Notes under the pieces: model-generated
Told to the model about the DNA's origin: nothing
Database searches by the model: none
What the model saw: the letters and a program-made list of their open reading frames with translations, nothing else
Assembly (NCBI GenBank): GCA_001600815.1
Contig: BCKZ01000017.1
Location: 287,720-347,379 of the forward strand
DNA: 59,660 nt
Direction: 5' to 3'
Source of the DNA: Alloascoidea hylecoeti
Lineage: Eukaryota
Translations under genes and position numbers: made by a program
Part shown: one piece after another, positions 36,664 to 49,625 of the stretch
Layout: every line of letters begins with the position of its first letter
How positions within the stretch are numbered: position 1 is the first letter of the stretch

Positions 36664-38343
36664 TTATGTCCTAACATCTGGTTCTTCTCTTCCAATATAT
36701 TCTTTCAATTTTAAGAGTTTCACAGCAAATTTAACTTCATTATTTAAATAATCGTCAGCAGATAAATCAAATTTATCTTGATCCGATTCAAATTTTTCTA
36801 GATATAATCTAATTGTAGCACCTGATGAACCAGTTCCAGATAATCTAACAATAATTCTTAAGCCATTATCAAATTTGATAAATAAACCTTGATGATCCGA
36901 AACGGATCCATCTAAATCTGTATATGAAAAATCATCAGCTTCAACAACAGTTAAACCGTCAATTTCACTGCCTACAAAAGTATCATGATTATCAATTATG
37001 CTTGATTTTAGATCAGCAATTACTTTATTTGCATCACTTGATTCAACATTTTCATAATCATAACGTGTGAAAAAGGTTCTACCATATTCTTTCCAGAAAT
37101 CTTTTTGAATTTCAGAAATTGTAGTTGCTGAACCTTTTTGTAAAGAAACACCAGCAATGATATTAAGCCATGCAACGATAGCCCAAACACCATCTTTTTC
37201 CCTAATATGGTTTGAACCAGTACCAAATGATTCTTCACCACAGATAGACAATTTCTTAGAATCAAATAAAGCACAGAAAAACTTCCAACCAGTTGGAACT
37301 TCATAAACGTTTAATCCTTGTTTCTTACCGACTAGATCCAAAGCACCAGATGTTGGCATAGATCTAGCAAGACCGTAGACACCATTTTCTTTGAAATAAG
37401 GGATTAAATCAGCATGATGGGCAATAATTGCAACAGAATCACCAGGAGATACAAAAGTATTAGCACCATAAATCATATTTCTATCGCCATCACCATCAGA
37501 GGCAGCACCAAATGGAATGTTTTGAGAATCAACAACATCAACTAAAGATCTAGCGTAAGTTAAATTTGGATCAGGATGATGACCACCAAAATCGGGTAAA
37601 GGAGTATAGTTTTGAATCGAATTTAAAGGTAGACTCAATTCATCAATAAAAATTGCTTTACCATATGGACCAGTAACACCACTTAAAGAGTCGAACAAAA
37701 CTCTAAAGGAGGGGTTTTCATTGAAAAAGTTTCGGATTAAGTCAAAATCAAAGATTGATTTTAACATAGCCACGTAATCTTTCGTAGAATCTATAATTTG
37801 AACCTCTAATGGACCATAGGTTTCTGTACCGATTGTAGATAAATCAATTTCAGGTAAGTCATTAATAATTTTATATTCTGAAATTTCCTTTGAATGTTCC
37901 CACATCTTATTAGTGACAGGCTCAGGGGCGGGACCACCATTAGCTAGATTATACTTAATTCCCAAATCATTATCTGGACCACCTGGATTATGGGAGGCGG
38001 TCAAAATAATACCACCAGTTACATTTTCATAAGAACGGATAACGTGTGACGTAGCAGGAGTAGATAAGATTCCATTCTGACCAATGATTAATTTCTTAAC
38101 ACCATTAGCAGCACCAATTTTTGCGATCAATTGAACAACGTGATCATTATAGTATCTTCCATCGCCTCCAATTACCAACGTAGCGCCTTCAGCACCTTCT
38201 GGAATTGAAGAGAATACAGACTGAATGAAGTTTTCTGTATAATGAGGTTCTTTGAAGATGGCTACTTTCTTTCTAAGACCAGAGGTACCTGGTTTTTGGC
38301 CTTCAAAAGGAGTAGTTGGAACAGTGGAAATTGAGAGTGACAT
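36664..38343 (-). CDS. PGM2: Phosphoglucomutase (Pgm1/Pgm2)
   Basis: QKPGTSGLRKK, catalytic TASHNPGG, metal loop DGDGDR, CGEESFG and C-terminal GREEPDVRT. True start is probably MSLSIS at 38343. Confidence 0.96.
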   Translation of the reverse strand: MSLSISTVPTTPFEGQKPGTSGLRKKVAIFKEPHYTENFIQSVFSSIPEGAEGATLVIGGDGRYYNDHVVQLIAKIGAANGVKKLIIGQNGILSTPATSHVIRSYENVTGGIILTASHNPGGPDNDLGIKYNLANGGPAPEPVTNKMWEHSKEISEYKIINDLPEIDLSTIGTETYGPLEVQIIDSTKDYVAMLKSIFDFDLIRNFFNENPSFRVLFDSLSGVTGPYGKAIFIDELSLPLNSIQNYTPLPDFGGHHPDPNLTYARSLVDVVDSQNIPFGAASDGDGDRNMIYGANTFVSPGDSVAIIAHHADLIPYFKENGVYGLARSMPTSGALDLVGKKQGLNVYEVPTGWKFFCALFDSKKLSICGEESFGTGSNHIREKDGVWAIVAWLNIIAGVSLQKGSATTISEIQKDFWKEYGRTFFTRYDYENVESSDANKVIADLKSSIIDNHDTFVGSEIDGLTVVEADDFSYTDLDGSVSDHQGLFIKFDNGLRIIVRLSGTGSSGATIRLYLEKFESDQDKFDLSADDYLNNEVKFAVKLLKLKEYIGREEPDVRT

Positions 38344-38531
38344 TGCAATTATATTAGATAATTGAGAAACAAGGAAGAAGGAGAAGAAGAAAGGCAAATC
38401 GATGTAGGAGTAAATGTTCGGTATGGCACACGTGCTCGCAAACATCACGACATTGTATGCCATATTATATTTCTTCGATCAATAATCCACCAATTATTAT
38501 CATTAATTGAAAATTATCCAATTTCGTGATC

Positions 38532-39404
38532 ATGGGTGCTACAAAGATAATCCTCTTGGACTTGTCGGGTAGAATGGCTAACGCCTGGGCTCGCAATTCT
38601 CATCTTTTGAAAATCACTCCAACTTCCTTGTCGCTTCAGGATTCGAGCTCTAATAAAATAGCTTTCTCCCCTTCTATCCACCAGGGTACAATTGACAGCT
38701 TAGATGATTCTACGACTGTAGACTGTATAGTATCTCCTGGAAATTCCTTTGGATATCTTGGGGGAGGGTTTGATCTTGCCGTTGCCGAGTTTTTCAAGCC
38801 TTCTTCATCACCATGGGAAGTGTCAGAAACTGCCCTTCAATTATGCCTGCAAGAGTCACTCCAAGGTTATAATCCACCATCAAATCCAAAACTTATAGAC
38901 ATGCGACACGCTTATGATCTATATAACAAATATTCTTTACCTAAAAATAAATCTAACTCTAAATTTGCAAAATATCCTGATTCTGTAAATTATGATGTTG
39001 ATTGTCCGGCTTGGATTCATTATAAATGTCGTTATTTATTACATTTACCTACAATGAGATGGCCTCAAGTTTTAGGTTATCCTGAAGAGCAATTAAGACA
39101 AATCATATTTGACTATGTTTGGAATATATTAACTACAATTCATTCCCATAACCTAAATATAAAGGATTCTAAATCGCATAATCCTTCAATTCTTCATACT
39201 AACATTACAAATGTTATATTAACTGGATTAGGCACTGGAGTTGGTCAAGTCGATCCCGATTTATGTGCTATCTCCATGTTATCTGCAATCGAAGTATTCA
39301 ATTATTCCTTGAACATTGATTTACAAGATGAGTTGCAATATACAAAGTATATTGAAAAACTAATTACTTTTATGAAGGATGGCAATCTAGCCCAATTTAG
39401 ATAA
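38532..39404 (+). CDS. Macro-domain protein, YMR087W-like putative ADP-ribose-1''-phosphate phosphatase
   Basis: DCIVSPGNSFGYLGGGFDLA, YLLHLPTM and LTGLGTGVG macro-domain motifs. ATG at 38532. Confidence 0.82.
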   Translation: MGATKIILLDLSGRMANAWARNSHLLKITPTSLSLQDSSSNKIAFSPSIHQGTIDSLDDSTTVDCIVSPGNSFGYLGGGFDLAVAEFFKPSSSPWEVSETALQLCLQESLQGYNPPSNPKLIDMRHAYDLYNKYSLPKNKSNSKFAKYPDSVNYDVDCPAWIHYKCRYLLHLPTMRWPQVLGYPEEQLRQIIFDYVWNILTTIHSHNLNIKDSKSHNPSILHTNITNVILTGLGTGVGQVDPDLCAISMLSAIEVFNYSLNIDLQDELQYTKYIEKLITFMKDGNLAQFR

Positions 39405-39754
39405 GGTAGAAAAGTCTTCAAATATTAATCCAATTTCAGTTGATATTGCTATGTTGATATCCAAAATTCATCGTTATCATATAATAAATCTAAAATTGTT
39501 ATAATTAATGGAATATTCATGGTATATTGATTTCATTTAATGACAATTGGCTAAACTATTTCATCCGTTTCTAATTGATTCTTTAAAAGTTGTCACTTAT
39601 TTATATGAAGCTAAATCCGTTTCATCTTGTGTTTAATGGGTTACCATATATAACAAATTTACTCATATTTTTAAAGTTACTAATCGCTTCCTATCTCTAT
39701 ATTTGGCTTTATTTTTCCAAAAATTGAATTTTTCTATATTCCAAAAATGTAATA

Positions 39755-39826
39755 CTCGGCAACGGGGAATTGAACCCCGGTCCCCCGCGTGACAGGCGGA
39801 AATTCTAGCCACTAAACTATTGCCGA
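39755..39826 (-). tRNA. tRNA-Asp (GTC), intronless
   Basis: Minus strand TCGGCAA TAGTTTAGTGGCTAGAA TTTCCGC CTGTCAC GCGGGGGAC CGGGG TTCAATT CCCCG TTGCCGA G: 7-bp acceptor stem, A and B boxes, GTC anticodon, and a downstream T5 terminator. Confidence 0.97.
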
Positions 39827-39940
39827 CGGTTGATGAGCTTTTCTTAACTTTACACATAATCTCCAATTAAATGACTAACTAGGTTCTTTACTGAAACATA
39901 AAAAAAAAATGAAGAAAAAGAAAATAAAGAGACCGCAATT

Positions 39941-40281
39941 GATGAAAAATATCTTTCGGTAATTATTGTTAAAAGAGTTCAATACAATTACAAAACCATA
40001 CAATCCCTTGGAGACAATGAATACAAAATACTGAAAGAATATACTATAGACATAGTGGTACGATTAATATCCGTGCTATTTCGATATACATACCCATAAT
40101 ATCAGCAGATAGAACGAAATTATTTAACAGCTTAAATAAATATTTGAAATCATGCCCCGAAACTAATATAGTGTTAGGAGATTTTAATTGCATTATCAAT
40201 CCAATTAAAGATGCATTGCCAATATCGGAACATTGGAATGATCAAAGCGTTTTAACTCTAAATCAATTCATTTTGAATTAA
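39941..40281 (+). mobile_element. Decayed non-LTR (L1-clade) retrotransposon fragment, APE endonuclease domain
   Basis: Frame from 40021 reads IRAISIYIP...RTKLFNSL...NIVLGDFNCIINPIKD, matching the L1/Tx1 endonuclease IYxP and GDFN motifs. An upstream frameshifted LSVIIVK segment precedes it. Confidence 0.72.
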
Positions 40282-41295
40282 AAAGGTTAGTTATGAATTT
40301 ATACAGCAAATGAATCAAAAATATATATGGTTGGAACAGGATCACTCTTAATAGAAATAAATATTTATATATATGTGTTGATGGCAAGAAATTCTTATCA
40401 GTACCAATTATTATTGTTGGATATTCACTCTTGCGGTCGTGCGACTATTGGTGTTAACTGTTTCCACATGATCTTTAATAATTATCTGAGAAATATGTAT
40501 ATGTGATGAAGTTCCTTCTAATTTGTTTAATCTTTCGTTGAAGGAGGAATTCATTGACTCAATTTATTCACCTAATGCTTAGAATTGATTATTCATAGCG
40601 TCCTGTTATAATTAATATTAGATATTAACTATAAATTGACTAAAACTGGGTAATAATAATATATAAATAGTAATATTACTAAATTATAATGATCCATTCG
40701 ATGGTTCTTTAATGGATATTTCTTCTATATTTATATAACTATCTAATTCCAAATTGTAGATGAAAGTTATACAGCAATATTATAAGAGACATATCATAAA
40801 TAACTGTAACATTTGAATATATTACATCTTCAATATATTTACTCCTCTTCATTATCAGGTTAAATGTAATAAACAAAACATTATCACATTCCGCAATGTT
40901 GTATTATTTCCTACAATACAACAGTCCATTCTATCAAATATGGTGGTACGTAATGTTTGAATTTGGCCACTGATTCCCAGAATCATTTCTTGCATTTCTC
41001 CCCAAGTTACAAATCTATCTGGAGATCTATCTTCAGATTTAATAGATGGTTTATCTACATCTTGATCGAGCCTCGCCTTAGTAGAAGTTTATTTTCGAGT
41101 ACTGCCATGTTGGTAATAATGTTTAAGTTTTGAATGGATATAAAGATTATTTTTATAAAATGGAATTATATAAAGTATTGAATTGAGGGTAACTATATAA
41201 TTCCTAAAAGCAACATAACACTATGTTTTATTAATTAGAAGTTTATGAAACATTAATTATAAAAAGATAGAATTAATATATATACACCACCATCT

Positions 41296-42730
41296 TTAAG
41301 ATCTCCTGCCAAAACGACCTCCAAATCTACCTGGTTTTTTACCATTCTTCAATTTATATCTCCTAAAGTTATTGCTCACTGTATTATACTTCCTAGTTAC
41401 CTTGCGCTTCTTTGTTGGCGAATCTACATTTTCTTTGTCACTGTCTTCACTTGAATAATCCTCTTGATCTTCTTCTTTAGGTGCTCGTTTTATATTTTCA
41501 ATTGTAGAATTTGTTATAATTTCTTTCTCTTCATTAACCATCTTGTTTATTTTTTCATGAACATTGAAATTCTTTGATATTTTATCATCATTTTTAGAAT
41601 TTATAATTGCTTTGAAAATATGATGTTTCGTAGTACGCTTTTGTGTTCTTTTTGACTTCCAAACAGGTTTCTTGTCTCCTTGCTTATTATGATCAGATTC
41701 ATTTCCTTTATTTTCGGGGTCTTCATCATCATCTAAATCTTGATTTAGTTCTTGCTCAAGTACTTGATCTTCCTCAATGGCTCTTAAAACTTCTAAATCT
41801 TCATCGAACTCTTCATCCTCTTGCTCTTTCAATTCTTTAATAATTTGAGATAGGCCTTTCTTTACTCTAAACTTGGATGGAGATGGGGACATTGATGGTG
41901 ATGACAATATATCATTGAAGGTTGGAGGAGCTATAGGGGCACCATATCGCAGATACGTAGGAGTTTGGAATTGTTTAAAAGGTGATTTGGATTTTGTAGG
42001 TGTTTTGAAAGATAATTTGGAATTAGATGGTGGTTTCAATGTTATTATTTGGGGTTTTTTACTTGGTGTTGTGAATATATTATTACGATTAGAATGGGTA
42101 GTAGAAACGTCAGTTGTATGTAGTGATACTGGAGAGTCTGGTACTTGTTTAATATTTTTAGTTGGGGTGCGATTTACACTTGATGATTGGGGAACATCAA
42201 ATAGACCAAGAATTTTACCTTTTAACTGTGGTGTTGGTCCTATTGCCGTTATATTGAATTCTTCCTCCGAACCTTCTTTATCGGGACTCTCTTCTTCAAT
42301 ATCGTGTGCTGGTGATGATGATCTTTTTGGTGTACTCAGATAAGTTGTATGTCGCGTTCTTGTGGGTGTAGATGGTGGTATAGGTTTATGGGATAATTTT
42401 GGCAACTTATTTCTGTGATCAACATGTTTAAGTTTAGACTTAACATCTGAATTGCAGCTAGTTTTTTCTTTCATTATTGATTCTTTTGAACATTTTGAAG
42501 GTCTGTTACCTTTTGCCTTCAGCTTTTGATAGTCCTTATATTTTTGGGCTGGGTGTACAATAAAAATTTATCATTAGATACAGTTGAAGAATTACAACAT
42601 TGACGCGTCGTTACTTACCAATATCAGGTATCTTCTTAATATCATCTCGCGTTGGCTTTCTGTCATGCTCTGTAAAAAAGACATGTTCCCATTTCTTTAT
42701 AGCAACTTTCAATTCTTTTACTTGATCCAT
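41296..42730 (-). CDS. SLD2: Replication initiation factor Sld2/Drc1; exons 42730-42619 and 42548-41296
   Basis: Intron GTAAGT..CTAAT..CAG gives ELKVAIKKWEHVF..RKPTRDDIK..IAQKYKDYQKLK (Sld2/RecQ4 N-terminus). IGPTPQL.GK.LGLFD, many S/T-P sites, KRTQKRTT and SNNFRRYKL. Confidence 0.9.
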
Positions 42731-43163
42731 TCCAAGAAATAAGTAGTGAAGAATATTTGAAGATGTTGAAGTAGTTACCTGACGTGTGATCAAAAAAGAG
42801 TTTTAATGTGGTGCACGTGATGGCGGGGCATTGCATCGCGAACCGTCCATAAATAGCTCGTCAAAGTTAGCGATCGATTAAAATTGGGCTCTTTCCACTC
42901 CAAAGATTCACCCTAAGAACCTACGTTTCTAAAAAGGCATGATTATAAATATGCTCGCAATACGATAACAATATAGTGTGGAAATTCCACCTTCAAGCTC
43001 TATATTAATTTAATTATTAATATAAGCTTATATAACACAATCAAAACTTTCAAATACAAATGCATAATATATATTTGAATATCACAACTACCATAACATA
43101 AAGAGTACCACAATCATAACCTACACAATGAAAATATATACTTATAACGTATAAGTCAAAAGT

Positions 43164-46018
43164 TCAAGATTGTGAATGAATTCTCTCATAAAATAAAACA
43201 TAAGAAAAAGAATTTGAAATAAAACTATTTTCATTTAATGAAAATTTTGAATCTCGATGTTTCATATTTATTTTAACATTTTCATCATCAAAATAACACC
43301 ATGCTAAATTTACTTTATTTTGACCTCCAAATCTTGGATCAATTATTTCTTTTTTAACTAATGAAGTATAATGACCAGATTTTAAAGTACCTGAATGATT
43401 AGCAACTGATATTAAAGAATATAAAATATCATTTGAATTTGAATTTGATGAATAATTTGAAAAGAATTTTGAAAGCGATAAAATTAATGGATAACTTATT
43501 GTTGTTTCTAATTTATTTGAGTGAAGACCAAATGAACCAAATCTACTAAGATGAATGATTAGAATTTCTGGGAAATATGAAATACGTAGTTTTTTAAGAG
43601 ACTCTTTACGTATTGAATGACGACGAGAACTTGAATGTTTTGAAGATTTTTTCTCATTACTGTTTAATGATATTTCTTCAATATTGACATCAGATTTATC
43701 CTTTTTACCAAATATTCCAAACTTTTTAGATTTTCTCTTATTAGCAGTAGTAGTTGGACTTGGGGTTGTGATTGGAATTGGGTTTGAATTGGACATTGAA
43801 CTTGAACTACTACCATTATTATTCTTCATTCTCTCTTTTTTACAATTTGGACAATCCCAACCATTATCACCAATTAATTTTTCATCAGAGCAAAATAATC
43901 TTAAACATTCATCTAGATCTACTCTTTTTTTAGAGGGTATAGGTAAAGTTAATGATGAAAATACAGTAAAATTATTTGATTCAAACCCACATATTAAACA
44001 TTTCAAAGTTGATTGTAACTGACCTTGAAAAAAATAGGTTATTAATGAACCTTCTTTAAGAACATATTTTGTCCATTCATGATAAGCTGAATTTTGATTT
44101 GTAGTTGATAAGGAATTTTTAGGAAATTTGAATAATTTTCTTATTTCATTTCTATTATTTAATTCTTGATGTAACTGAGATAAAATAAAAGATAAGAACT
44201 CATGACAATCCTGTTGTTCAATTCCAATTCTTAGATCTGGCCTAATATTAGCACATCGTTGTAAGAAAGGTATAGGACTGACAACTTTTCCATAATGGGT
44301 ATACATTGCAGTAACAAGGCTAGCATATTCATAAGAAAGTATATTTCTTGTCAAGAATTTTATAAAAACACCATCCAGGAATAATCTAGTGAAACTTTTA
44401 GCACCCAATAAGCACTGGATTATGGTGTTGATATAACAAGAGTTGCCGATATTAATTATACCAGCAATACTTTCAGGCATTGTGGAATGGGCGGTCATAG
44501 TCATTCTTGGTCTGTGAGGATGATTGTTTAGATGTCTGTTTATATTTGGGTTATTTGGGTTGTGTAGGTTGGGAGAAGAGGTTCTTGGGTCCCTTGTAGA
44601 AACCCTCAAATCCGGCCTAGTGGGAACCTGAGGGGGTCTCAAAACAGGTACCGGCGTTTGATGTCTTGGCTGGGGGTTTTCCTGAGGTCTTTCCTGAGGT
44701 CTTTCCTGAGGCCTCGGGGGTCTTGGAGCTATCGGGGGAGGCACATTGTAATGCTGGTGTTGAGAAGGGATGTGAGGATGCTGTTGGGTTTGTGGTACTG
44801 GGATTGGCATAGAAATTGAAGCAGCAGAGATGGAATTGATACATCGAGCCCATGCTTCTATTCCACCCGTGATCGCCCTGGGAGCACGCTTCAAGCGCCG
44901 GGTAGCGAACACACACAGTGCGTTATATATCGGCCCAACCACAAGTTCCTGTTGTCCCACACTACTGTAGAAAATCACTAGCTCGTAATCTTCACGAGCT
45001 GCAAACATCCGATACTCCTCCTCCCGGCCTGTCCGATACAGAGCCTCTTCCAGTTGATGGTCACTTATCCCATCGATACCGTCTTCTGTGTCTTGTTCTA
45101 GCCAGGTAGGTTCAATACACACTACTCTCGCATTTCCTTCTAGACCAATGTGAAAATCTTCAAATTGGGACCGTGGTCGAACGTCCAAAATCAGTATATT
45201 TCCTTTCGTTTGAATGAATTGGAGAACCGTATGTGCGTCGATAAATGTTGGTGGCCCCAACTCCTGAGAGTAATCGTGTTTTGCTATCGGTATTACGTCT
45301 TCTTTGGTGGTCTCTCGAAAGTCCAGAAAAGCTTTAGATTTCCCGTTAGCATCAAATTCAAACTGCTCCATTTCCTCTTCTGTAGGATGAACTGGTATTT
45401 CCTCATCATCACTACTATTATTGCTACGATGACTGTCGTCGTAAATATCTCCGTCGGTTTCATCGAATGCATCTTCATTAAAAGATTTAGTTTCATAATT
45501 TTTGTCCTTTGAGATATTCTCGTCTGTTTCTTCATTTGAGTCCTCTTTAACATACATGGGCCCACTAGCTAAAGGCGGCTGTATACTATGGGTAGATAAA
45601 ATATAATCTTTACAGACCTTCAAGTTATCTTGCTTCATTTCATTCTTATAAAATAATCCCAATTGAAACAATATTTGAATGTCTTCTTTTTTCCTTTCAC
45701 AGTGTTCTGCCAACCTTTCATGATTCAGTATAACGTTATAATATATTGTATTTCCGTATACATAACTATAATATGCTTCTTCGTATTCATTCTCCTTGTA
45801 ACGATCTCGGTACTATTAATAACATTGTCTGTTAGGAATCATATTATAACATCGATTGTAGAAGTAATAATGTAAATATTCACCTTTTCAAAAGCAATCT
45901 CACACTCATTAAATAACCATATCATTGAAACATCACGATCCTTAATCTTTTTTAGTGATAATCCTTTAGCTTCTTCTATTGCCCGCTTCTCTATCTGTTC
46001 AAGTTTTGTACTCGTCAT
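43164..46018 (-). CDS. UBP7: Ubiquitin C-terminal hydrolase with rhodanese domain, Ubp7/Ubp11 (USP8/Doa4 family); exons 46018-45884 and 45812-43164
   Basis: ILDVRPR rhodanese, Cys box GIINIGNSCYIN, QQDCHEF, WDCPNC plus insert, IHLSRF and His box NHSGTLKSGHYT. Intron GTGAAT..CCTAAC..TAG restores the frame. Divergent from BAS1, as UBP11 is in S. cerevisiae. Confidence 0.85.
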
Positions 46019-49000
46019 GATAATAATATTATGATCCAATTATAGACCTTAGTGTCAGGGCTTACTTGATGATTATTATAAATTGTCTAGATCTAGATGA
46101 TATTTTTGATTTTAGGTAAGTCAACTGTTAATCTGCAATTATTAGTAATCAATACAGGTGTATTATCTAAGCTACGATAGTTATAAGATCTTATATCCTC
46201 ACTTACTTCTCAAGGAGAATGTCAGTTTGTTTGTTTTGGTGAATGGTGACAGGAGGGGTGATATTTGTTATTTGTCTTCGCCAAAAAGGAAAACATCACA
46301 TAGCCACTGTAAAAACCGTGGCTGTCACATAAAACTCTATTTTATTTGTTCTTACATAATCTAATTTTATATGCTTAGTACTTCGCCATCGTCTTGAATC
46401 TAGAAGAATAAACTTTAGAATTTTAGAATTTTACATCCATCCTCATAATGAAATAGAAATTGAAGTCATCCAATTTTATAATCAGACAGATTTACACTGT
46501 TATCCTCATATTAAATAATAAATGGTGTGAAGTTACAAAATTAAATCGCCATGTAAGACTAAGACTAATACGTTCAAAATTGAAGTCACGTTTGATCATT
46601 AGCTTCTTACATACTTCGCATAATAATATATATGAGAATCAGCAACTTAGGATATGTACAGTTGGCGCTGCATCACAATTGGATTTAAAATACAAAAACC
46701 TTTCTATTCAATATTAGGATATATGAGTGAATAAAAGTATTTTTCAATATAATAAGTCATTAATAATTAATAATGACTCTATCAATAAACAATATTGATT
46801 TAAAGAGTTGACTTAATTATTAAGTGAGAAGGAGTATTAGGATATATGAGTTGGGAATTTATAGTTTAAGCTTTGTCGAACATTGTTTTGTTTCGTATAA
46901 CTATATAATCACCTTTTCCCCGAGAATGATATAGAATTAGTTTAGAGCAGAATATACAAGAAGAATTATTACGTTGGAATAATTATTATCTTCAGTGAAG
47001 TACAATGAGTAATATCGAGGACGTCAAACATAGTAACGATATGAAGAATTCTATCGTTCCTTTACCCCAATATTCAAGACCTTCGAATGTACTAATATTA
47101 ATACTTACTTGAAAAGCAATATCAGCTAAGCTTAAATATGGTACACTTCCAAGTACTACAGCTTTTGGCGTACGCGTTAGTGGTACCGATTGATAACTAA
47201 ATTATCGAACTTTTTGGTGCATCACAAAATTCCACATTTTTATTAATATTTTGATAATCTACCTTTGATTTCTCCCTAAAGTGCCAAAACTTTGCAATCA
47301 TTAGCTAAATTACTGGTCCTATGTCAAATACATACATGTATATGGATTTCAAATTCTAATATACTATATCACTTTAATAAAAAAACTTGTTAACTGCCGA
47401 TATGTTATTACACCGTCGGTGTGTATTTCTCTATTTGACTGTTTTAACATGATTCATGATAAGAAAGAACCATGACCTTCACCTAAGAAGTCATCAACAT
47501 TCTATTCTCACTTCAGTGCCTCACTCATACTTCTACTTCATCCTTCCGGGCTTATATTCGCCATAATAAATAGAAACAACTTTCCTTCAATACATCTTTT
47601 TCAACACCCCTTGCGGGAAATGTAACCACACTACCAAATCACTTCCATTATTCATTAAAGACAACAAAAGTATGATGAATGACAAATCTAAATCTTGTTG
47701 CTACAATGTTTTTTGTATTTCTCTGTCAGATTAATATTAATTTGACCATATTTTTTAATTTCTCAAATATGTAGGCCTCCAGATGATGTAACTTTGCATA
47801 CATATACAGTAAATTATGGTATTTAGATTGGTGCATGTATATGTATGCTGTAATATTTCTTTATATCGTAGTTACATACAGTTGCATGTACATTTCTTGT
47901 AGACCAAATTTTCCCACGAGAACCAAGTTTTTCGCGCACCATCTCACCATTGAAAAGAATCAATCCTTCAATATGAAAATACTTTAAAAAATGATTTTGA
48001 TCTACTTATGGTTCAATTATAATATTAGTTGAAATTACAATCTGTTCAACTTTATTTTTAGATAAAATTCACTATATAGTAATTGCTTTTTGATTGTGTG
48101 AATCCTCCGTATAAATATTATATATGCCTATACATAGCTCTAGATAGAATGAAATGATGAATAATAATCGATGTCCAACATTTTTTAATTAAAATTTGTA
48201 ATTGATAATATAATCTTTTGTAAATGAGCTGAGACCTTTTTTGAAATTGTATTAAGTGTAAATTCATGATTATGCTATAGTTAGTTATAACAACAAACAT
48301 GTAACGTTTTAAACAAAATAAATTGAATAGCCTCTTGCTTCAAGAAATTAAATGAAAAATCCTATAGATTTTGCATAATATAATACGATGAGCTTAATTT
48401 TGTCTTTAACGTTACAGATATGTAACGTTGAACAAACTCAAGTTACTCAACTCAGTCAACTGAATAGCCGTTTACTTCAATTAGTGAATAATACAGCAAT
48501 AATACTGAATATCCCATGGTTTATAGGTAGGTAGCCCCGTAGTTTTTTTTTCAAGCTTGCAATTGCAAATTTCATTTAAACTTTTATTTTCAGCCAATTG
48601 GAATATTAATATTATTAACCTTATAATTATTTATAGCTCTTCAAAAAATTAAGATTCTGAATTGAAAAGCACGACCTCCGCATTGGCCAATTGAAATCTC
48701 AACGATAAAATTTATTCTTCGAAGAACTTTTAGGCAATTACAAGATTGATTTTTTTTCCTTATTATTGTTGTAGGATACACCTTGCTATATTATATCACT
48801 TTATATGTACTCCACACTAATTTGTGCTACCATAGATAGCACTAGTCGTATAAATAGTGTATTATCCCTTTGGAGTTATAACTACCAGTTTTTTACACTT
48901 CCACACTATACATAAAATCGCTCTCAATTCTATATATATTGTTTTAGTTAATATTACTTATCCATTTAAGGTTACAGTTAATTATATATAGGATATCTAA

Positions 49001-49625
49001 GTTATTGCCATCCTAGGATTTACCAAATATAACTGGCGTGGAATGTTTAATTAAATATTTCATTCGAATGTGTCAATTGAATATATAACTGCCAAAAATA
49101 ATATATATCGAATCTGAACAAAGAATATTTAAATTTGATATGTGCTAAAATTGATTTAAGATTCTAAACATCGAAGCTTATATTTGCTTTTCTGATTTAT
49201 ATCACATTTCCAAATATATGGCATAGTGAAATAAATCTTAACTTACAAAATCATTACATTTGCACACTCAAGCTTGTATATATAAGCTGGGAGATCGTTT
49301 TTTTAATTAATTTAAAAGAATGTAACACAATAGGTGCCTTATTTACTGGACTCCTGGTAACCCTGATGAAACAATCGTTCGTACTAATAATCGAATATGG
49401 GTCGGTCTGAGCCTCTGAGAAATGGTATCCTAAACGTTAACCTAGGCACAAATTTATCTTTTTGACTATATTTGGATATATTATTTCTCCCCATATTTTT
49501 AATAGCTAGCATATATATATATATATATACCTATTAGTTATACGGTACAATTCGATTACAGCAGGCATAGATATCAATAATGAAAGATTCAATATTAATG
49601 CATCTGATCTACTTTATTCTAGAAC

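Noticed and set aside
38344..38463. 40-aa N-terminal extension of PGM from the ORF track
   Set aside because: It lies in the bidirectional promoter; family homology starts at MSLSIS (38343).
9863..39404. Trl1-like gene and macro-domain Appr-1''-p phosphatase as a tRNA-splicing gene cluster
   Set aside because: They are 27 kb apart with many unrelated genes between; there is no evidence of clustering.
39663..39866. 67-aa ORF
   Set aside because: Runs across the tRNA-Asp gene; spurious.
49363..49420. CTGATGA..CTGA as hammerhead ribozyme or C/D snoRNA
   Set aside because: No GAAA after a stem II for a hammerhead; too short for a snoRNA and no recognisable rRNA guide.
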